A DNA stretch of 64,000 nt from an uncultured Clostridia bacterium. GTDB taxonomy: Bacteria > Bacillota > Clostridia > TANB77 > CAG-465. Below, piece by piece: positions 17,418 to 27,395 of this stretch; position 1 is the first letter of the stretch, and each line of letters opens with the position of its first letter. A program made the position numbers and the translations under genes. A model generated the notes under the pieces. The model had not been told where the DNA came from. It was given only the letters and a program-made list of their open reading frames with translations, and made no database searches. The stretch lies in the NCBI GenBank assembly GCA_947632635.1, contig CANRQA010000002.1, positions 5 to 64,004 of the forward strand. Direction: 5' to 3'.

Positions 17418-19112
17418 ATGTCAAGTTGCTTAGGTTTGTATATAAATAATGAAATAGTTAAATATGCTAAATTGTCTTATGAAAATAAAAAGATAACTTT
17501 GGAGCATTTTGGAACTAGATTTGTAAAATTTGATAATATGAAAGTTATAGAAGAAATTATTGAAGAAACTAACTCTCAAAGTACAGCTATAGCTATAAAC
17601 CCTGGTAATAGTACTTTTGTAAATATTCAGATTTTTGACCAAGGTCAAGTGAAATCATATCTTGCAGATATTGCAAAAATGGAATTTGAGGCTTGGTGCG
17701 AAAAAAATGCAAAATCACCAGCAAATAATTTATTTGTGTATAAAGTGGCGGACGTAAAAGGCGACGATGGTAAAAAGAGTGCAGTATTAAATATAGCAGA
17801 AAAAAAGTCTATTAGTGAGTATACTGAAACTTTTTCAAATAGACTTGCATCAGTGTATTCTCCAGCTTTTGTCATTGAAAGACTTGTACCCGAGGATGAG
17901 CGAAATTGTGCTGTAGTAAATTTTGATGAAAATCTTACTATTACAATTATGCTCGATGGAAACGTAGTTGATATAAAAAGTTTTGATATAGGTATGAAAA
18001 AAATATTATCAGATTTTACTGAAAAGTTAGGTTCATACCAAAAATCATATGAAGCTTGCAAACAGATTAATGTATATTCTGAAGGCGAAGACAATAATAA
18101 CAAAGAATTAGAATTTATACTTGAACCAACTTTACAAGATATATTAAAATATGTACAAGCAAATGTAAATAATTATAGAAAACAAATATCAAAGGTATTT
18201 ATTGCTGGTAGTGGTGTAGTATTTACAAATTTAGATATATTGTTTACTGAATATTTAGAGATCAAATCGGAGCTTCTAAAACCAGATTTTTTAGATGATA
18301 CAAGTAATGTTAGAAATGTTGCTGATATTGTTGAATCAATTGAAGCAATTGCACTTGCATATGATGCCTTAGTACCTATAAAAAGGGAAAGTGAATTTGT
18401 AAAAAGTGCAAAAATGAAGAACTCATTTAGAGGGATTTTCTCAAAAAAATCAACAAAAGTTAAACCAGTAAAGCAAAAGAAAGAAAAAGCTTTTGATAAT
18501 GGTGGTTTGAAAGTAAACGAAAATGAAGCAAAACCTGAAAAAGAAATTGAAGTAGAAGATTTTAGCAAGACAACTTCTATTGTTACATGTGTAGCGATTA
18601 TATTGTTTGTTTTACTTATTGCTTATGTAACATTTACTAATATATATACTAATAAATTGACAAATATGAAAAATGAAGTACTTGATAATATTGCTAAACT
18701 AAATTCAAATACAGCTACTGTTAAACAAGATACAGCATATATAACTGAAAATACAGCAAAGTACAAAGAAATAAATGATAGAGTATCTACTATCGTTAGG
18801 CAGATTGAAAGTAATCAGATTGGAAAGTTTTCAACATATAATGTTGCGTCATTTATGCAAAATATAATTAAAATAATACCAAAGAATGTGCAACTTGTTA
18901 ATATAAGTTCTGATGATAACAAGAATATAAAAATTAAAGCAAAGTCTGACAGATATGCTGATTTGGGATATTTTGTATCTATACTTAAAATAAATAATGT
19001 TTTAAAAAATATAAAAATTAATAGCGTACAAAATGCTACAACATCAAGAATTGAACAAAGTGGCGCAAACAATGTGTTAACAACAATAGAAATAGGTGGT
19101 GAGTTACCATGA
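17418..19112 (+). CDS. pilM: Type IV pilus assembly protein PilM-PilN fusion
   Basis: The N-terminal ~330 aa look like an actin-like PilM. Then a Lys-rich linker, one TM (TSIVTCVAIILFVLLIAYV) and a PilN-like periplasmic part. A PilMN fusion is known in Clostridioides difficile. Confidence 0.7.
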   Translation: MSSCLGLYINNEIVKYAKLSYENKKITLEHFGTRFVKFDNMKVIEEIIEETNSQSTAIAINPGNSTFVNIQIFDQGQVKSYLADIAKMEFEAWCEKNAKSPANNLFVYKVADVKGDDGKKSAVLNIAEKKSISEYTETFSNRLASVYSPAFVIERLVPEDERNCAVVNFDENLTITIMLDGNVVDIKSFDIGMKKILSDFTEKLGSYQKSYEACKQINVYSEGEDNNNKELEFILEPTLQDILKYVQANVNNYRKQISKVFIAGSGVVFTNLDILFTEYLEIKSELLKPDFLDDTSNVRNVADIVESIEAIALAYDALVPIKRESEFVKSAKMKNSFRGIFSKKSTKVKPVKQKKEKAFDNGGLKVNENEAKPEKEIEVEDFSKTTSIVTCVAIILFVLLIAYVTFTNIYTNKLTNMKNEVLDNIAKLNSNTATVKQDTAYITENTAKYKEINDRVSTIVRQIESNQIGKFSTYNVASFMQNIIKIIPKNVQLVNISSDDNKNIKIKAKSDRYADLGYFVSILKINNVLKNIKINSVQNATTSRIEQSGANNVLTTIEIGGELP

Positions 19113-19804
19113 TGTCGGAAAATACAAAAAAAGTATTAATAGTAACATTAATATCATTAATACTTGCATCGTTAATTGCTGTTTCAATGACAATGGACGT
19201 TAATTTGATAGTATTTAAATTAACATCAATAAAATCTTTGCTTGCACAGAGGCAAGACCTTATAGCAACGCAAGCAAAACTTACGGAAGCTGAAAAATTA
19301 TATGATAATGCAATTAATGAAAACTCAACCGAGCAAACCAACTTTACTAGTGAAAAGAAAAGATATGAAGCAATTAGCGATGAAACAATTAAAACTGTAA
19401 AAGAGGCAACTACTCAAGATAATTATAGCATTGAATACATGTGGATAAGACTTGGCAATTATGCAACAGCAAATAATTTAACAATTGCTATAGCAGACCC
19501 TGGTAGTACAATACCAGAAAGTAAGAATAAAAGTGAGGATGAGAATGTACCGACACAAGAGACTGTTACAACATCTAGTGATTCTACTTCTGAGACAAAG
19601 TCAGATGCTGATACGCAAACAGATACTGAAACATTGTTTTCCATTCGTGTTTCAGGCAGTTATTTAAATATAGCTGATTTTATATTTGATGTTGAAAATG
19701 ATGATGAATTAAGGTTTAAACTTGATAATATATCGATGGAATATCTATCAGGGACTTCAATAACAGCTAAGTTTAATGTGAAAAACTTAATTATTAAGAA
19801 ATAA
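19109..19804 (+). CDS. pilO: PilO-like type IV pilus biogenesis protein
   Basis: Overlapping start (ATGA). N-terminal TM plus coiled coil. Position after pilMN. Confidence 0.55.
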   Translation: MMSENTKKVLIVTLISLILASLIAVSMTMDVNLIVFKLTSIKSLLAQRQDLIATQAKLTEAEKLYDNAINENSTEQTNFTSEKKRYEAISDETIKTVKEATTQDNYSIEYMWIRLGNYATANNLTIAIADPGSTIPESKNKSEDENVPTQETVTTSSDSTSETKSDADTQTDTETLFSIRVSGSYLNIADFIFDVENDDELRFKLDNISMEYLSGTSITAKFNVKNLIIKK

Positions 19805-19816
19805 AAGGAGTAGATT

Positions 19817-20206
19817 ATGAATAAGACATATATAATAACTTTTGGAATGTCAATTCTTGTATTTGCATCTCTTGTTATAATAGCATTAATGCTTATGGTA
19901 CCACAACAAAAAGTGTTTATAGAGGGTAACATAAATAAATATGATACTATAAAAAAATCTGAGTTTACTTTTGAAAGTACAAAAGATATTACTTTAGAAA
20001 CACTTATGAAACAATATGGTATTTCAGCAGATGAAATGGCAACATTTAAAGCTAGAAATCAGTATAAACCTGGAAATTCTGACCCATTTACTACTCCAGG
20101 AACTACGATTACTGATAAAGTTGATGGTAATACAGCTCAAGATGCAGATGATAAAACAACAAATAGTAATGGCGGTGTAAAAAATCCTACTGGAACAGGC
20201 AAATAA
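19817..20206 (+). CDS. Membrane-anchored hypothetical protein in the T4P cluster
   Basis: SD AAAGGAG; single N-terminal TM; Gly/Thr/Asp-rich tail. Confidence 0.5.
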   Translation: MNKTYIITFGMSILVFASLVIIALMLMVPQQKVFIEGNINKYDTIKKSEFTFESTKDITLETLMKQYGISADEMATFKARNQYKPGNSDPFTTPGTTITDKVDGNTAQDADDKTTNSNGGVKNPTGTGK

Positions 20207-20220
20207 AGGAGAGATAATCA

Positions 20221-20763
20221 TTGAGTCAAGGCAATATAAATGAAATAAACGATGTACAAACAAAGCAAACACACAAAAATTTAAAAAATAATATAATAAT
20301 TTTTGAGTTTTTAATAATAATTGCACTTACTATTTTCATACTTTTTAGTACAATAAAAAGTGATTCTGATTTGAAAAAGGAGGAATTACTTACAACAATT
20401 ATTAATGTACAAGACAATTTATCTTATTATTTAGGAAAAATGAGTGCTGATACTTTTTCATTGTATAGTAACACTGAGATATTATTAGGAAAAAAAGAAG
20501 AAACAGGTGAGGATATTGTGGCTACTGATGAGGATAAAATTGAACCACTTGTTGATGTAGCAACAAAAACTCAAAAAGGTGAAAAGGTGGCATATAAAAT
20601 AATTACTCAGAATATGATAAAAACACTAAAAATTGATATACCAGATATGCAAGGTATAACTTTGTATATTCAAGATGGCTCAAAAGTTAAAGTAAGTTTT
20701 AATACTACTAAGCCATCATGGTGGACAACTGATTTTGATTTCCTAATTTTAGGAAATAACTAA
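20221..20763 (+). CDS. Membrane-anchored hypothetical protein in the T4P cluster
   Basis: TTG start 7 nt after AAGGAGAG; one TM (IIIFEFLIIIALTIFILF). Confidence 0.5.
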   Translation: MSQGNINEINDVQTKQTHKNLKNNIIIFEFLIIIALTIFILFSTIKSDSDLKKEELLTTIINVQDNLSYYLGKMSADTFSLYSNTEILLGKKEETGEDIVATDEDKIEPLVDVATKTQKGEKVAYKIITQNMIKTLKIDIPDMQGITLYIQDGSKVKVSFNTTKPSWWTTDFDFLILGNN

Positions 20764-20832
20764 CATCGTTAAAAACATTTTTACAAAAGATAAAAGTGTT
20801 TTTAAATATATATTATAAGGAGGAAGAATTTT

Positions 20833-21402
20833 ATGAAAAATTCTAAAAAAGGTATTTCTTTAATCGTATTAGTTATAACAATAATAGTTATAATTATTCT
20901 TGCAGCAGCTGTGTTATTATCTTTAAACGCTAATAACCCAATTTCAAATGCAAAACAAGCAACTTTCGACAGTGATGTTGATAATGTAAGATCTGCTATA
21001 AACCTATATATAGGAGACTTTATGGCAAAAAATCCTGTACATGAAGGACCATTTGATCCGAACGAAAAAACTGGTAAAGTTTGGATCTATGTAGGTGAAG
21101 GTGGAACTCAATCAGCAGAATATCCAAAAGATGACGCAAAAACTGAAGAAGAACTTGCTAATGAGGCTACAACATATGGCGACCAAGTAACTTGGGAAGA
21201 TTTAGGCTTATCTGGAAAACCAAATTCAATAAAAGCAATTGCATATAACTGTAAAACTTGTGCAATATGTGCAATACCTGCTCAAGGAGGAGTAGAATAC
21301 ACATTTAGACTTACTGCTGATGCAGAGGAGGCTACAACTGTAAAGAATACTGATGACTTAGCAACAGTTATTGGAAGTCTGTTCTATACACCAGCTGATT
21401 AA
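20833..21402 (+). CDS. Pilin-like protein with non-canonical class III signal (no Phe+1, no Glu+5)
   Basis: Strong SD AAGGAGGAAG. MKNSKKG/ISLIVLVITIIVIIILAAAVLL followed by a globular domain containing CKTCAICA. Followed by a hairpin. Confidence 0.6.
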   Translation: MKNSKKGISLIVLVITIIVIIILAAAVLLSLNANNPISNAKQATFDSDVDNVRSAINLYIGDFMAKNPVHEGPFDPNEKTGKVWIYVGEGGTQSAEYPKDDAKTEEELANEATTYGDQVTWEDLGLSGKPNSIKAIAYNCKTCAICAIPAQGGVEYTFRLTADAEEATTVKNTDDLATVIGSLFYTPAD

Positions 21403-21467
21403 TAGTAGCCATTAATTAGTATTTAAAAACATTACAATTATATAATAATTAATACGATAAAAAAGGC

Positions 21468-21501
21468 AAAGACATATATGCTAATGTGTGTATATGTCTT
21501 T
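21468..21501 (+). terminator. Hairpin after the pilin-like gene (partial terminator/attenuator?)
   Basis: AAAGACATATA-N12-TATATGTCTTT; the T-run is weak. Confidence 0.35.
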
Positions 21502-21587
21502 CCCACTATAATATAAATTATATATATTTTGGAGTAAATAACTATTATATATTGCAAAATGTATATAAATGCTAGGAGGGAGAGATA

Positions 21588-22391
21588 GTGGAAATTTATA
21601 TAAATATTTTCATCATGTTTTGTATGTTTGTAATGGGCTCACTATTTGGAAGTTTCTTTTCACTTGCAACATATAGAATACCAAGACATCAAGATATAGT
21701 TAAAACAAGGTCATATTGCCCAAACTGTAAACATCGCTTAGAATTTTTTGACCTTATTCCAATACTTAGTTTTATAATTCGTGGTGGAAAATGCAAATAT
21801 TGTAAAGAGAAAATAAGCTTAAGATATCCATTACTTGAGATTACAAATGGAGTAGTATTTTTAGTATTTTACTTTATCTTTGGATATACTTTAAATTTAT
21901 TTTTAATATGTATAACATATGCTATTTTATTCGTACTTATTGGCTCTAGATTAATGTCAAAAAAAATGACAGATGAAGAAAAGATTGAGGTACAAGAATT
22001 AAAATTATCATCAAAAAAAGGTGTATTTGTAATAGAACTTGTAGTAGCTTTAATTATATTTACTGTATATGTAGCTTCTGCTTTAATTATTGTTAGAAAC
22101 AGTACTAAAAAAGGTGCTGAACTAATTGCAAGAGGAAACGCTATAACAGTTGCAGTTAGTGCAATGGAACAAGCACTATCAAAAACATACGATGAGCTAT
22201 ATTCTAGTAGCTCTTCTTCAACTGGCTCAAACAACATTATATATGATGTAACTACTGATGTTACCAAATATTCAGACATAGATTTAACAAAAAAAGATTT
22301 AGTAAAAATTATACAAGTAAATGTAAAATATATGTATAATGGTAATTCATATGATTTTACTTTAAAAACTTTAAAAGGTAAGGAGATATAA
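21588..22391 (+). CDS. Prepilin-peptidase N-terminal (DiS-P-DiS) domain fused in frame to a canonical pilin-like domain; A24 peptidase domain absent
   Basis: GTG start behind AGGAGGG. CPNCKHRL...CKYCKEKISLRYPLLEI is typical of the PilD N-domain. No Asp-containing A24 TM core follows. From aa ~127: MTDEEKIEVQELKLSSKKG/VFVIELVVALIIF (Gly-1, Glu+5). Confidence 0.65.
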   Translation: MEIYINIFIMFCMFVMGSLFGSFFSLATYRIPRHQDIVKTRSYCPNCKHRLEFFDLIPILSFIIRGGKCKYCKEKISLRYPLLEITNGVVFLVFYFIFGYTLNLFLICITYAILFVLIGSRLMSKKMTDEEKIEVQELKLSSKKGVFVIELVVALIIFTVYVASALIIVRNSTKKGAELIARGNAITVAVSAMEQALSKTYDELYSSSSSSTGSNNIIYDVTTDVTKYSDIDLTKKDLVKIIQVNVKYMYNGNSYDFTLKTLKGKEI

Positions 22392-22394
22392 CTT

Positions 22395-22820
22395 ATGAAT
22401 AAATCAGGAATTACAATGGCATCTCTTGTAATATATGTAGTATTATTCTTTGCTTTTTCAACATTTGCTATTTCAATAAGTAGTAATATGAACTATTCTA
22501 CTTTATCAGAAAAAGGCGATTTGTGGGTAAATGAACAATATGAAAAATTACAATATAACTTACTAAAAAGTGCAAAAGCAAGTGATGAAGTATATAGCAT
22601 ATCAGGAAAATTAATATTTTCAAATAATGACGAATATTTCTATGATACTCAAAAGAATCAAATACTTAAAAATGGTGGAGTTATTGCAAGTGATGTAAAT
22701 GGTATATTTGAAATTACTGCAAATGGCAAAAATTGTACAGTTAATGTTTCTTTTTTAAAATATGAAAAAACAAAAACAGGAGATATATTTGTAACTGTGG
22801 GAGATGATATAGATGAGTAA
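22395..22820 (+). CDS. Minor pilin-like protein (non-canonical signal)
   Basis: MNKSG/ITMASLVIYVVLFFAF; 141 aa; SD AAGGAGA. Confidence 0.45.
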   Translation: MNKSGITMASLVIYVVLFFAFSTFAISISSNMNYSTLSEKGDLWVNEQYEKLQYNLLKSAKASDEVYSISGKLIFSNNDEYFYDTQKNQILKNGGVIASDVNGIFEITANGKNCTVNVSFLKYEKTKTGDIFVTVGDDIDE

Positions 22821-23034
22821 AAAAATAAAAAAAAGACTAGTAGGTTCTGGTACACTTGTTGTAATATTTTCTGCTATAGCATTTTCCATATATGCAGTAT
22901 CAACTTTTGCAGAGCAAGAACATTATGGTATAATGCAAGACAAATATGAAAAAAATATAATAGAAGAGTATGAAAAAAATGTAGATAATATAGAAGAATA
23001 TTACGATAAACTTTTAGAAAAAAACAATTTTTAA
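22813..23034 (+). CDS. Small membrane-anchored protein (pilin-like N-terminus?)
   Basis: MSKKIKKRLVGSG/TLVVIFSAIAFSIYAV; 73 aa; overlapping start. Confidence 0.4.
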   Translation: MSKKIKKRLVGSGTLVVIFSAIAFSIYAVSTFAEQEHYGIMQDKYEKNIIEEYEKNVDNIEEYYDKLLEKNNF

Positions 23035-23070
23035 TATATAATTTAATTATTTATATTAGGAGGTATATAT

Positions 23071-24708
23071 ATGTTTGAAAATGTAAGAGCAAAAAAAAGC
23101 CCTATAGGTGTTGAGTTTATAAAGAAAGGATTACTTACTGACTCACAAGTTGACAGAGTACTTGAGTATCAAAGAGACCATAAAGATTTAAAATTTGCAG
23201 AAATAGTTGATATTCTTGATATGTGTGATAAGAAAAAATTACTTGATGTATTAGCAGATAAAATTCAAGTTCCACCTGCCATGCTTGACGGTGAACTTGA
23301 TGTAAATCCGGTTGAATTTTTACCAAGAGATGTTATAATAAATTATAAAGCCATACCATTTTCTTTAGATGGTAATACATTAAGCATTGCATTTTCTGAT
23401 CCACAAGATGTTGATAGAATAAAAGAAATAGAATTATTACTTATGAATAAAGGCTTTGAAATGGAAATATATGTCACTTTATATACAAGTATAATGAGGC
23501 AAATATCAACTATTAGAACTGTTGAAACACAATTTGTTGATAAACAAGAGAAAGATATTTCTAAGCTTATTGATAATATAATAATGACAGCTATTGAAAA
23601 AAGAGCAAGTGATATACATGTAGAACCAATGGAAGATAAGATTAGAATAAGATTTAGAATTGATGGAGAACTTTTAACAATAACAGAACTTCCAAAGAAA
23701 AGACAAGATGTTATTATAGGAAGACTAAAATCAATATCTAATATGCACCAAGAAATTATTTACGACCAAGATGGTAGTATAGATACATATGAAAATTATA
23801 GTATTCGTGTATCTACACAGAAAAATGTTAATGGAGAAAAATTCGTATTAAGATTATTAAAAAGAAATGAAGAGTCAAGGGATTTATTTGAACTTGGTTT
23901 TAAAAGAGATGATGAACTTGTAGATAGAGCATTTAATAAAAGAAATAGTATTGTATTATGCTGTGCGCCAACAGGTGAGGGTAAAACTACTACATTATAT
24001 AGTGCAATAGAATACCTTGATAGACCAGAAATAAATATAATTTCTATTGAAAACCCAGTTGAACGTAGACTACCAGGTGTTAACCAAGTTGAAATTGGTC
24101 CAAATGTTACTTTTGCTTCTGCACTTAGAACAGTTTTAAGACAAGATCCTGATATAGTATTTGTTGGAGAAATAAGAGACGAGGAAACTGCAAAAGTAGC
24201 AATAGAAGCTGGTCAAACAGGACATTTAGTATTAAGTACTTTACACACTATTGATTCTATTGAAGCTATAACAAGAATAAGAAAAATGGGAATATCAGAT
24301 TATGACGTATCTGCAACTCTTGTTACAACCCTTTCACAAAGATTAGTAAGAAGACTATGTGAAAAGTGTAAAAAGCCACATAAATTAACTGATGAAGAAA
24401 GAAAGTATATAGAAAAAGCAACCAAATTAACAGGAGTAGAATTTGATTTAGACAATGCTACTTTGTATGAGCCAAAGGGTTGCGAATATTGTAATGATGT
24501 TGGATATTTTGACAGAATTGGTATTTTTGAAGTATTGTGCTTTGATGAATACATAAAAGAAATGATTGCCGATGGAAGATCAAGTATTGATATAAGGAAA
24601 TATGCAATGGAAAATACAGATTATAAGCCACTAGTGGTAGATGGGATAAATAAAGTACTAAGTGGAATAACAACAATAAGTGAATTAAAGAGAAAAATAA
24701 CTGTGTAA
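23071..24708 (+). CDS. pilB: Type IV pilus assembly ATPase PilB (GspE family)
   Basis: N-terminal T2SSE_N-like domain. Walker A APTGEGKTTT, Walker B DPDIVFVGEIRD, His box GHLVLSTLHT, tetracysteine CEKC..CEYC. Confidence 0.9.
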   Translation: MFENVRAKKSPIGVEFIKKGLLTDSQVDRVLEYQRDHKDLKFAEIVDILDMCDKKKLLDVLADKIQVPPAMLDGELDVNPVEFLPRDVIINYKAIPFSLDGNTLSIAFSDPQDVDRIKEIELLLMNKGFEMEIYVTLYTSIMRQISTIRTVETQFVDKQEKDISKLIDNIIMTAIEKRASDIHVEPMEDKIRIRFRIDGELLTITELPKKRQDVIIGRLKSISNMHQEIIYDQDGSIDTYENYSIRVSTQKNVNGEKFVLRLLKRNEESRDLFELGFKRDDELVDRAFNKRNSIVLCCAPTGEGKTTTLYSAIEYLDRPEINIISIENPVERRLPGVNQVEIGPNVTFASALRTVLRQDPDIVFVGEIRDEETAKVAIEAGQTGHLVLSTLHTIDSIEAITRIRKMGISDYDVSATLVTTLSQRLVRRLCEKCKKPHKLTDEERKYIEKATKLTGVEFDLDNATLYEPKGCEYCNDVGYFDRIGIFEVLCFDEYIKEMIADGRSSIDIRKYAMENTDYKPLVVDGINKVLSGITTISELKRKITV

Positions 24709-24731
24709 TATTATTTAAGGAAGGAAGATAT

Positions 24732-25832
24732 ATGGAGTTTTTAGATTCAATTTTAGCAAAAGCCGTAAGTTTAACTGCAACCGATGTACATTTGATAGTA
24801 GATCAATATCCTATATACAGGATTAATAGAAAACTTGAATATGATAATACTAAATTACCTATTAGCGCCGAGGTTTTAAGATCAATATTAGGTTTTTTCT
24901 TTGAGAGAAAGCCATCTATAAAAACAGATTTAGAACAATATAAGCAATTGGATTTATCGTATACATATGATAAGACAAGATTTAGAATTAATATTTCTTT
25001 TTCGAAGGGAATACCAGTATTTTCTATAAGAGTTATTCCTAATGGGGAAATTGATATAGACAAATTTGGATTAAGAGATATAGTTCAAAAGATGATGAGA
25101 GTAAAAAGTGGTATGATACTTGTAACGGGGAAAGTTAATTCAGGTAAATCTACGACAATGAATGCTTTTATTCAAGAAGTAAATAAGGTGGCAAATAAAA
25201 AAATTGTTACTCTCGAAGAACCGATTGAATACGAACATATATCTGATAAGTCTGTAATTATTCAAAAAGAAATAGGAAAACAATCAGATGTAGTTGACTA
25301 TTATAGTGGACTTATTAATTTGCTAAGAGAAGACGCAGATATTGCTGTTCTGGGAGAAATTAGAGATAGAAAGACAATGAATGTTGCTATAGACCTTGCC
25401 GAAACAGGTGGACTTGTTATAGGAACATTACATACACGTTCTTGTGGCGAAACATTAGAAAGAATAGTTGCAATGTATGATTCACAAGATCAGCTTGCTA
25501 TAAAAAATTCAGTCTCAAATATACTAAAAATGGTTATATCGCAAAAATTGGTAGTTGGGACAAAGGGTAAATTATTGATGGTCCCTGAAATAATGGTGGT
25601 AAATAGTACTATTGCTGCGCAAATAAGACAAGAAAAGTTTAGCGTATCAGATATAGAAGATTCAATACATACTTCAAAAGACAGTGGTTCACTTAGCTAT
25701 GAATTCTCATTTGCAGATTTATATCTAAAAGGTCTTGTGGACATGGAAACAATTAAGGAAAATATTGAACCTAACAGACTTGATATAATAAAAGGAAATA
25801 TAATAAGTTTTGGTGGAAAAGTAGAAGATTAA
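24732..25832 (+). CDS. pilT: Twitching-motility retraction ATPase PilT
   Basis: Walker A GKVNSGKSTT, DADIAVLGEIRD, GGLVIGTLHT; 366 aa. Confidence 0.85.
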   Translation: MEFLDSILAKAVSLTATDVHLIVDQYPIYRINRKLEYDNTKLPISAEVLRSILGFFFERKPSIKTDLEQYKQLDLSYTYDKTRFRINISFSKGIPVFSIRVIPNGEIDIDKFGLRDIVQKMMRVKSGMILVTGKVNSGKSTTMNAFIQEVNKVANKKIVTLEEPIEYEHISDKSVIIQKEIGKQSDVVDYYSGLINLLREDADIAVLGEIRDRKTMNVAIDLAETGGLVIGTLHTRSCGETLERIVAMYDSQDQLAIKNSVSNILKMVISQKLVVGTKGKLLMVPEIMVVNSTIAAQIRQEKFSVSDIEDSIHTSKDSGSLSYEFSFADLYLKGLVDMETIKENIEPNRLDIIKGNIISFGGKVED

Positions 25833-25844
25833 TGGAGGTATAGT

Positions 25845-27191
25845 ATGCCAAATTATAGATATAGAGTTCTCTTAGAAAATGGACAAATAAGACGTGGAAA
25901 AATTGTTGCAACTGACAAAGCTCAAGCAATTGACAGATTAAAAAGTATTAATAGTCAGCCTATCTATATAAAACGAGTAAGTAAATTGAGAAAAAAATAT
26001 AAAGTATTTAGCTTTAATAGACTTGAAAGATTAAGTAGGCAATCAGCTACACGTACCTTAAATGATATAAGAAAGACCAAAAAAAGAAAAATTAACTTAA
26101 AAGAAATGACTGTTTCTGACTTTAAAGCTCTATTAACACCAATAAAAGCAAACGATATAATAACATTTGTAAATAACTTTTATATATTAAAAAGGGCTAA
26201 ATTTACAAATGTGCAAGCTTTGCAATCTATCTTTGATGGTACAGAAAATCAAAAAATGAAATATATTGTTGAAGATTTACTTATAGGAGCACAAGCAGGT
26301 GAAAGAATACATAAGTTGATGGAAGCTTATCCTAGAGTATTTAATCCAATGTTTGTTAACTTTATACGTGTTGGTGAAGAATCAGGTAATTTGGATACAG
26401 CATTATTGTATGCTAGAGATTATGTTGAAAGCTCAATAAAGTTGAAAAAGAAAATAAGGAGTACGGTGATACCTAGAGTCCTTCAATTTGTAATTATTAT
26501 GATTTTGATGTTTGTTACATTATTAATAGGTGTTCCATTACTTGAAGATGTGTATGAAATGTTTGACTCCACACAAGAAATTCCAAAAGCTACAATGTTT
26601 GCACTCGATATAGCAAAGTGGATCGTGTCTAATTGGTTTATTATACTATTAGTAGTTGGAATTTTAGTAATATCATTTATACTGTATATAAATACTTCTA
26701 GAGGAAGGTTTAATTGGGACAAATTTAAACTTACTTGCCCAGTTGTAGGACCACTTATAACTAATATAACAATTAGTAAATTTTTTAAAGCAATGTTACT
26801 AAATTTAAGGAATGGTATGAGAATACAAGAAAGTCTTGAAGTTTCGAAAAATGTTACAAATAATTATTATTTCTTATCAATAGTTGAAACAGGTAAGGCA
26901 TTAGCTGCAGGTGGCGGTTCATGGATGGAACCATTTGAGCAAAAGAAAATATTTAGACCAATGGTAAGGGAAATGATTGGAATAGGTATGCAAACAGATT
27001 TGGCAGATATGATGGATAAGGTTAATGAATATATAGAAATGCAAATCGATGAATCAATAGGAAGATTTGTAAAAGCACTTCCAGATATAACATATGCGTT
27101 AGTTGGTGTTGCTTTAATTGCTTTTGTTATAACAGTTATGGTACCTTTAACTAATATGTACATGGGTGGATTTATTGATATGCCTAAATAA
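25845..27191 (+). CDS. pilC: Type IV pilus platform protein PilC (GspF family)
   Basis: 448 aa. Two GspF-like repeats with 3 TM segments. Position after pilB/pilT. Confidence 0.8.
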   Translation: MPNYRYRVLLENGQIRRGKIVATDKAQAIDRLKSINSQPIYIKRVSKLRKKYKVFSFNRLERLSRQSATRTLNDIRKTKKRKINLKEMTVSDFKALLTPIKANDIITFVNNFYILKRAKFTNVQALQSIFDGTENQKMKYIVEDLLIGAQAGERIHKLMEAYPRVFNPMFVNFIRVGEESGNLDTALLYARDYVESSIKLKKKIRSTVIPRVLQFVIIMILMFVTLLIGVPLLEDVYEMFDSTQEIPKATMFALDIAKWIVSNWFIILLVVGILVISFILYINTSRGRFNWDKFKLTCPVVGPLITNITISKFFKAMLLNLRNGMRIQESLEVSKNVTNNYYFLSIVETGKALAAGGGSWMEPFEQKKIFRPMVREMIGIGMQTDLADMMDKVNEYIEMQIDESIGRFVKALPDITYALVGVALIAFVITVMVPLTNMYMGGFIDMPK

Positions 27192-27311
27192 AGAAAATAT
27201 GAACAATAAAATTAAGTTAAATATTAAAACAAATATTTATGAAAACTTTATATATCATAAAGTAAAATAATTATTCTAATAATATTTTCTTAATGAACTG
27301 TAACTTAAAAA

Positions 27312-27341
27312 GTAACATAGTAAATTCTATGTTGCTTTTTT
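27312..27341 (+). terminator. Rho-independent terminator after pilC
   Basis: GTAACATAG-N6-CTATGTTGC plus TTTTTT. Confidence 0.7.
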
Positions 27342-27342
27342 C

Positions 27343-27371
27343 TTGATATAATTTTTTGTTTAGTATATAAT
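27343..27371 (+). promoter_or_regulatory. sigma-A promoter
   Basis: TTGATA-17-TATAAT. Confidence 0.6.
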
Positions 27372-27395
27372 AATTTTGTAAATAAAGGTGATTAT

